The notes below the pieces were generated by a model. The model saw only the letters and a program-made list of their open reading frames with translations, made no database searches and was not told the DNA's origin. The translations under genes were made by a program, and so were the position numbers. A stretch of DNA of 64,000 nucleotides, taken from assembly GCA_039931265.1 (NCBI GenBank), contig JBDTSG010000094.1, positions 17,448 through 81,447 on the forward strand, given 5' to 3'. Below are positions 59,285-64,000 of the stretch, one piece after another; positions within the stretch are counted from its first letter, which is position 1, and each line of letters starts with the position of its first letter. Origin of the DNA: Flavobacteriales bacterium. GTDB taxonomy: Bacteria > Bacteroidota > Bacteroidia > Flavobacteriales_F > PHOS-HE28.

Positions 59285-59581
59285 TCAGAGGAACATGCTC
59301 AGGGTGTAGCCGGGCCGCTCTTCATCGATACCGTCCGCATCGCGCGCAACCAACTGCGTGAAACGTTCCTGCCCGCAGTGGTACACCGCCGTAACGTGCA
59401 GCCCATCATGCACGAACGATACATGCATGGTATGATCCACGCTCCTCGCCGGTTCTTCGCACAGTTTTGCGTCGACCTGATGCTGGAGTTCGGTGAGACG
59501 GGCATCGAACGCATCGCGGAGTTCGAAAAGAACCGCAGGTGCCGAGAGCGGCAGGGGTTCGGGAAAGGGGTTGCTGATCAT
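59285..59581 (-). CDS. Hypothetical small protein (98 aa)
   Basis: The start is ATG. The sequence is globular with no recognisable family. Confidence 0.4.
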   Translation of the reverse strand: MISNPFPEPLPLSAPAVLFELRDAFDARLTELQHQVDAKLCEEPARSVDHTMHVSFVHDGLHVTAVYHCGQERFTQLVARDADGIDEERPGYTLSMFL

Positions 59582-59953
59582 GGACGTGCGAGCGACAAGT
59601 AGAATGCCAACGCGATAGCACCGGCAGTATCCTCTTGCTTACCTTCTGTACTTACCTGAGCGGAGCAAACCACCGATCGCGATCACAAGCCATGCCGCCT
59701 CCAGAACCGTGAAGCCCCAAGCCTGCATGCGGACCGCTTCGATCAGGAGCAGCACCGAGCCCACCGCGTTCAACACAAGGTACCGCGCGGAAGCATCAAG
59801 GCACCTGCGTTGACCGGCACCGGAAGGCGATCAGTTGCAGCAAGGCGCCGATGAGTTGTGGAGTTTGTTCCCACATGTGCAAGGAGAGGAACGAAATAGA
59901 GAACGCCCCGATCCAGTGGATCGGGGCGTTCATCAACGGCGCTCAGTGAGGAA

Positions 59954-60409
59954 CTAAACCGCTGGGTTATTCGCTTCCCGATCGCGGTCGGTTTCCTCCG
60001 TGTCCTCCTTCTCCTCACGGCCGCTCAACTCGCTCTCCTCCTCACGCAGGTTGGCGCTGTCGCTGGCTTGGCGTGCTCCGCGATCGGTCCCCGTACCCGT
60101 TGTGCGCTCATAGGAAGAGCTCTGCCCGCTTTCGCCGCGTGTGTTATCACGCGAAGTGTTGGAAGCATTGCCCTGTGTATCGGGCGTTCCCATTTGGGTG
60201 TTCTCAGCGCCTTGGCGTTGCGTTCCGGGTTGATTGCCTTTGTTGACCTGCCCCTCGGTTCCCCGCCCTTCGCTGCTTTTGCCGCCCCCCTGTTGAGGCG
60301 TGGTGTTCCGTTCGGCGTCGGGCTTGCTTGTGCTGCCCGTGTTCGTTGTACCAGTGCTGGAGGCACTTGTGTTCTTGCCTGTGTTAGGCTGATCGCTGCG
60401 CGTTGCCAT
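59954..60409 (-). CDS. Hydrophilic low-complexity stress-type protein
   Basis: Thr/Gly/Asn/Gln/Glu-rich sequence (…QQGGGKSSEGRGTEGQVNKGNQPGTQRQGAENTQ…) is similar in character to 55943-56338. Confidence 0.4.
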   Translation of the reverse strand: MATRSDQPNTGKNTSASSTGTTNTGSTSKPDAERNTTPQQGGGKSSEGRGTEGQVNKGNQPGTQRQGAENTQMGTPDTQGNASNTSRDNTRGESGQSSSYERTTGTGTDRGARQASDSANLREEESELSGREEKEDTEETDRDREANNPAV

Positions 60410-60414
60410 TGGTC

Positions 60415-60591
60415 TTATCGTTTTTTTGTACCGGTTTCTTCTTCCTCGCGATCCACTTTCATTTTTCCTCCATCAGCCTGATCGCTTTTCTTGCTGGTGG
60501 TGTCGCGTGTGTTGCGCTCGGCCGCGCTGCCGGACTTGGAAGGGCCGCTCTGCATTTCGTCCTTCTTCGCATTGTCTTTCTTGGTGCTCAT
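60415..60591 (-). CDS. Small hydrophilic protein (~58 aa)
   Basis: An internal ATG gives MSTKKDNAKKDEMQSGPSKSG…, which is charged and disordered. It lies in tandem with the preceding hydrophilin. Confidence 0.3.
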   Translation of the reverse strand: MSTKKDNAKKDEMQSGPSKSGSAAERNTRDTTSKKSDQADGGKMKVDREEEETGTKKR

Positions 60592-60816
60592 TGGAAGAGT
60601 GTGTTGGTTTGCTTCAGGAACAACAAGCCGCGGACCGGAGGTGCGGGCCATGGGTTACATCGTGCGCATTCACTTGCCAGTGTTGGGAAATGTGATGAAT
60701 GCGAACCGCCGCCCCCAGCCGAGCGCTGTGGAAGCTGATACACTGTTCCCAGAAGATCGCTCCACGATCGAGGTGGATCCGTGACAACCAGCGACCGGCC
60801 CGCCGATTGCTCCAGC

Positions 60817-61752
60817 ATGAGCATGAGATGGAAAGGACGCGTTTTCCTGCTCCTGCTGATCCTGCTCCTCCTCTTCGGAGTGATACAGCTGATCCGTTGG
60901 GCCAAAGCAAAAGAGAACGACCCGGATGCCACGTTCATCCTACCCAGGGTAAGCATGGCGAACATGAACATCCAAAGGTTGGATCCCGATGCCACCACGA
61001 TGCTCCTGGTGATGACGATCGACCAACCAGCTCCCATCGGGCTGACGGTGGATAGTTTGGACTATACCCTTTCCATCGCGGGGAATGAGGTGATCCACAG
61101 CACTTATCCGCACGCGGTGTCCATTGGCGCATATGACAGCGCCTCCATCTCGCTACCGGTGACCATTCGCACGAAACGCCTGATCGACGTGCTGAAACAA
61201 CTGGAAGCGGAAGGAAGGGACAGTGTGATCTACGCGATGGATACGCGCTTCCACCTTCCTGCCGCGTTCTGGACCAAGAAGCCGATGGAAGTGAGGATCG
61301 AACGGAACCTTCCGCTTGTACGGATCCCGCGCGTGCATTTGCAGGACCCGAGCGTGGTGAAGTTCGGCTTCGGTGAAAGCCGCATCAACGTCGATCTGGC
61401 GCTCTTCAATCCGAACGTCTTCGATCTGGCGTTCCGGGATCTGGCGATCACGGCTGATCTTGAAGGTCATGAGGTCGTCCTGACTTCCGCCGACACGCTG
61501 ATCAGAGCCGCAGCCATGGACACAGCCATCATCCATCTGCCCATGCGGATCGCCTTGGGGCATATGATCGAAGGGGTATTCGACCTCCTCTTAAAGCCAG
61601 CACGCACAGTCTACTCCTATCACATGGAATTCACCGTCATTTCGGACCAACCTTCATTGGACGAATGTCATTTCATCGTTGTGGGTAAAGGGCACCTGGA
61701 TGAACTGAAGAATTGGGGCAGAGACGCGGAGCCCAAGCCACAGGCGGATTGA
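60817..61752 (+). CDS. Tandem LEA_2 (WHy / late-embryogenesis-abundant type 2) domain membrane protein
   Basis: An N-terminal TM (RVFLLLLILLLLFGVIQLI) is followed by two ~120-aa units, each with the beta-sandwich WHy pattern (…TLSIAGNEV…ISLPV…, …DLAITADLEGHEV…HLPMRI…). Confidence 0.75.
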   Translation: MSMRWKGRVFLLLLILLLLFGVIQLIRWAKAKENDPDATFILPRVSMANMNIQRLDPDATTMLLVMTIDQPAPIGLTVDSLDYTLSIAGNEVIHSTYPHAVSIGAYDSASISLPVTIRTKRLIDVLKQLEAEGRDSVIYAMDTRFHLPAAFWTKKPMEVRIERNLPLVRIPRVHLQDPSVVKFGFGESRINVDLALFNPNVFDLAFRDLAITADLEGHEVVLTSADTLIRAAAMDTAIIHLPMRIALGHMIEGVFDLLLKPARTVYSYHMEFTVISDQPSLDECHFIVVGKGHLDELKNWGRDAEPKPQAD

Positions 61753-61935
61753 CCGAAGGCCGAAACCCTTGATGGCAGCGGGGTCCGGATTACGCATTGT
61801 GCGTGGAAGTGTGACGGGACCTCCTATGGCACGGACGCACAACGCGCTCATAACCTTCTGAGGATCATCGGTCTCAGTGGAACGCATGGTTCGGCGTACG
61901 GATGGCAATAGCAGTATGGAACAAACACAAGCGCC

Positions 61936-62442
61936 ATGCGCAACACTTCTCCACTCTTACTGTGTATGGCGATGTTCATCGCATGGAGCCCTTCGTTGAG
62001 GTGTCAAGGATATCTGGCAATGAACACCACCGCCAATGATGCGCACGCTTTGGAGACAGCTAGTGTCCATTATAATCTGGTGGAAGGGGATTTTGTGACA
62101 CTTGCGACCCGCAAAACCAAGGAGCCGCTCGTCCGCCCGGTGATGGAGCGTGCGGATGGCCTGATGGCTGTTCGCATTGTTGATGCGCACGGCCAAGTGC
62201 GTATGGAAGGCATCTATGCGGATGCGGCCTTGCATGTTCCCCATGGCACCTTCCACTACTACTATCCGAGCGGAGCAATGGAAAGCGAGGGAGAATACGT
62301 TCAAGGGCGGAAGACAGGCATCTGGAAATGCTACACCCCCGATGGTGTTCACCGTTCCGATCGCAGTTACCACGGACTTGAATGGGACGACCTGCAGATC
62401 GTGGTCGGCCTTGCAACACGCGCCACACGCCATGCGTTCTGA
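61936..62442 (+). CDS. Secreted MORN-variant / YwqK-family antitoxin-like repeat protein
   Basis: A signal peptide precedes a repeat G(x)YxxYYPSGAMESEGEYVQGRKTGIWKCYTPDG that matches the YwqK/MORN-variant consensus. Confidence 0.7.
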   Translation: MRNTSPLLLCMAMFIAWSPSLRCQGYLAMNTTANDAHALETASVHYNLVEGDFVTLATRKTKEPLVRPVMERADGLMAVRIVDAHGQVRMEGIYADAALHVPHGTFHYYYPSGAMESEGEYVQGRKTGIWKCYTPDGVHRSDRSYHGLEWDDLQIVVGLATRATRHAF

Positions 62443-62467
62443 TCGCTTTTTGACGAGGGAAGCCGTT

Positions 62468-62917
62468 ATGCGCAAGCTTCCTGCGGATGCCCGCCTTACC
62501 CAGCTCTCTGGGACATGGGTAATGCAAGGTCGTCAATTCGAAAGCATTTTCGGGCCAGCGGCCCGCATCAACGCCAGAGAGACGTTCGAATGGCTCGAAG
62601 GCCACCACTTCATGATACATCAAGTGAACGGACAAGTAGACGACCACTTGATGGGATGCGTCGAAGTGATCGGGACGGAACGTATCAACTCATTTTATGA
62701 TGATGGCCGAAAGATCATTTGGGCTTCATCCTTCGAGGAACAAACGTGGATCATCAGTGGGTGGCGGATCCATGAGCATACGCCGATACAGGTGCGATGC
62801 ACTACCCACTTCGCCGACGATCGACACCGCCATGCGGTATGGGAACTATCCACCGACGGAATCTCTTGGCAGCAGTTCTGGGAAGTGGCGGCATGGAAAG
62901 TCAAGGATGGGGTGTGA
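62468..62917 (+). CDS. Hypothetical protein (~150 aa)
   Basis: This is the ATG-initiated portion of track ORF 62177-62917. Its 5' part overlaps the previous gene in another frame. An alternative start lies at 62432. Confidence 0.5.
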   Translation: MRKLPADARLTQLSGTWVMQGRQFESIFGPAARINARETFEWLEGHHFMIHQVNGQVDDHLMGCVEVIGTERINSFYDDGRKIIWASSFEEQTWIISGWRIHEHTPIQVRCTTHFADDRHRHAVWELSTDGISWQQFWEVAAWKVKDGV

Positions 62918-63103
62918 AAACGCACCTCCATGCGAAGAGGATGGTCTGTGTTGGAGCGATGGGAAAGAGGATCAATAGGCTTTCCCCATGCTTGGGGATA
63001 TTCTTCCGCAGGACTGTGTAAAACCGGGAATTGCCGCTCGATCCGAGAGCATGCATTTTGGTGGCACAAGGCTGGTTGAGGCGCAATCACCACACGAACC
63101 ACC

Positions 63104-63742
63104 ATGCAACACCGTATTACCCGCCTCTTGGCAATAGTCTTAATGCTCACATTGATCCTCAGTGGTTGTGCCACCAGCCACGACGTCGTACAGAACGGGA
63201 TCTTCCAACACCGGAAATACAATCACCCTGGTTGGTTCGTAGACGTGCCGAGCCGCACCCACACGGTGGAAGCGCCGTTACCCGTGGCAACTTCGCAAGA
63301 CCCCGCGCCGCTCCCGCCGACGATGAGCGTTGTTGAAGTGATCGCGCCGGATGATCGTTCCGAGCTGCCTGAACTTGCTCAGCAGGGGCGCGACGAGGAA
63401 AGGATCGTCGTGCAGGACAATGTCAACGCATCCTTGACAACGCGTGCTTTATGGGTTCCATCGCCTAGGAACCAAGCAGATGCTGCGTTCGCTCCAGTGC
63501 CCTCGATCGATCGGATCACTATCCCAGATGAAAAAGCCTCACCGCAAGACGCCGGTGGCTTGGACATTTTCGCATTGCTGGGTTTCATTTTCGCCTTCAT
63601 CTTCCCGATCGCCGGACTTGTGCTTTCCATCATCGGCATGAACCGCACCCGCGGCGGGGGCCGCGGGCATGGATTGGCGTTAGCAGGCCTGATCATCAGC
63701 ATCGTTTTCCTCGCCATCTACGGCGTTGCGGTGCTGCACTGA
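63104..63742 (+). CDS. Lipoprotein with C-terminal DUF4190-like two-TM anchor
   Basis: The lipobox is MQHRITRLLAIVLMLTLILSGCAT. The C-terminal …LDIFALLGFIFAFIFPIAGLVLSIIGMNRTRGG…GLALAGLIISIVFLAIYGVAVL matches the DUF4190 pattern. Confidence 0.7.
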   Translation: MQHRITRLLAIVLMLTLILSGCATSHDVVQNGIFQHRKYNHPGWFVDVPSRTHTVEAPLPVATSQDPAPLPPTMSVVEVIAPDDRSELPELAQQGRDEERIVVQDNVNASLTTRALWVPSPRNQADAAFAPVPSIDRITIPDEKASPQDAGGLDIFALLGFIFAFIFPIAGLVLSIIGMNRTRGGGRGHGLALAGLIISIVFLAIYGVAVLH

Positions 63743-63749
63743 TCGGCTA

Positions 63750-64000
63750 TCACGGGGTATTGTCCAGGTCCCCGCGCTCAGCCGCCTTCTTCATGCGGTC
63801 ATTGGCGTAGATGGCGATCTCCACACGTCGATTGGCTGCCTTGCCTTGTGCGGTCGTGTTGTCGGCAAGCGGTTGTGTCTCGCCATAGCCCATGGTGGTG
63901 AGGCGCCCCGGCCTTACACCATGTGCCACCAAGTAGCGGCTCACGGTTTTCGCGCGACGTTCGGACAGGTCCTCGTTGTAGGTATCGGACCCATCCGCAT
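63750..64000 (-). CDS. OmpA-family peptidoglycan-binding domain protein (C-terminal end; continues beyond window)
   Basis: …SERRAKTVSRYLVAHGVRPGRLTTMGYGETQPLADNTTAQGKAANRRVEIAIY matches the OmpA C-terminal domain consensus (NxxLSxxRAxxVxxYL…GxGxxxPxxxN…NRRVE). Confidence 0.7.
   Translation of the reverse strand, partial: ADGSDTYNEDLSERRAKTVSRYLVAHGVRPGRLTTMGYGETQPLADNTTAQGKAANRRVEIAIYANDRMKKAAERGDLDNTP

Noticed and set aside
1-64000. tRNA, rRNA and CRISPR arrays
   Set aside because: A visual scan for tRNA T-arm signatures (GGTTCGAATCC-like), rRNA-like conserved blocks and regularly spaced direct repeats found none. The only strong non-genic repeat structures are the MITE and the 150-bp duplication.

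Overview
This is a high-GC (~60%+) chromosomal segment that looks Bacteroidota-like. Supporting signs are at least nine secreted proteins ending in T9SS-type C-terminal sorting domains, a TPR/LuxR-type regulator and an lmo0937-family micro-protein. Recognisable content falls into six groups: (i) a partial repeat-rich tail-fibre-like protein with a C-terminal peptidase-S74 intramolecular chaperone domain; (ii) a 2459-aa chemosensory hybrid kinase, HTH-CheB-CheR-coiled coil-multi-PAS/GAF-HisKA/HATPase-REC; (iii) an NHEJ module (small ORF-Ku-LigD) next to an overlapping TopIB-TspO pair; (iv) a stress/desiccation cluster (two PA2169 helix-bundle proteins, GSP26 PNPOx, H1-like histone, YciE/DUF892 ferritin-like, KGG-type hydrophilins, lmo0937, tandem LEA_2/WHy, cupredoxins); (v) transporters (MFS, EamA, AI-2E); (vi) a CotH-family kinase and a >850-aa Ig-like adhesin, both T9SS cargo. 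The most unusual features are these. First, a tightly packed six-gene minus-strand operon (13269-20170) of uncharacterised, mostly membrane-associated proteins with no match to any family I recognise. It contains a tandem paralog pair, one member of which is frameshifted near its 5' end. Second, a 124-bp MITE-like element with perfect 19-bp terminal inverted repeats flanked by a 10-bp direct duplication (52881-53024), beside ~0.9 kb of apparently decayed sequence. Third, a ~150-bp duplicated segment carrying the 5' end of a small ORF downstream of two unrelated secreted-protein genes. Fourth, apparent frameshifts in a NUDIX gene and a small membrane-protein gene. I found no tRNA, rRNA or CRISPR array. 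The ORF track uses GTG/TTG as well as ATG starts. Several ATG starts were located by eye on the sequence, but base-by-base indexing was inconsistent by about 1-2 nt in places. All coordinates are derived from the ORF track plus frame arithmetic and are approximate to within a few codons at 5' ends.
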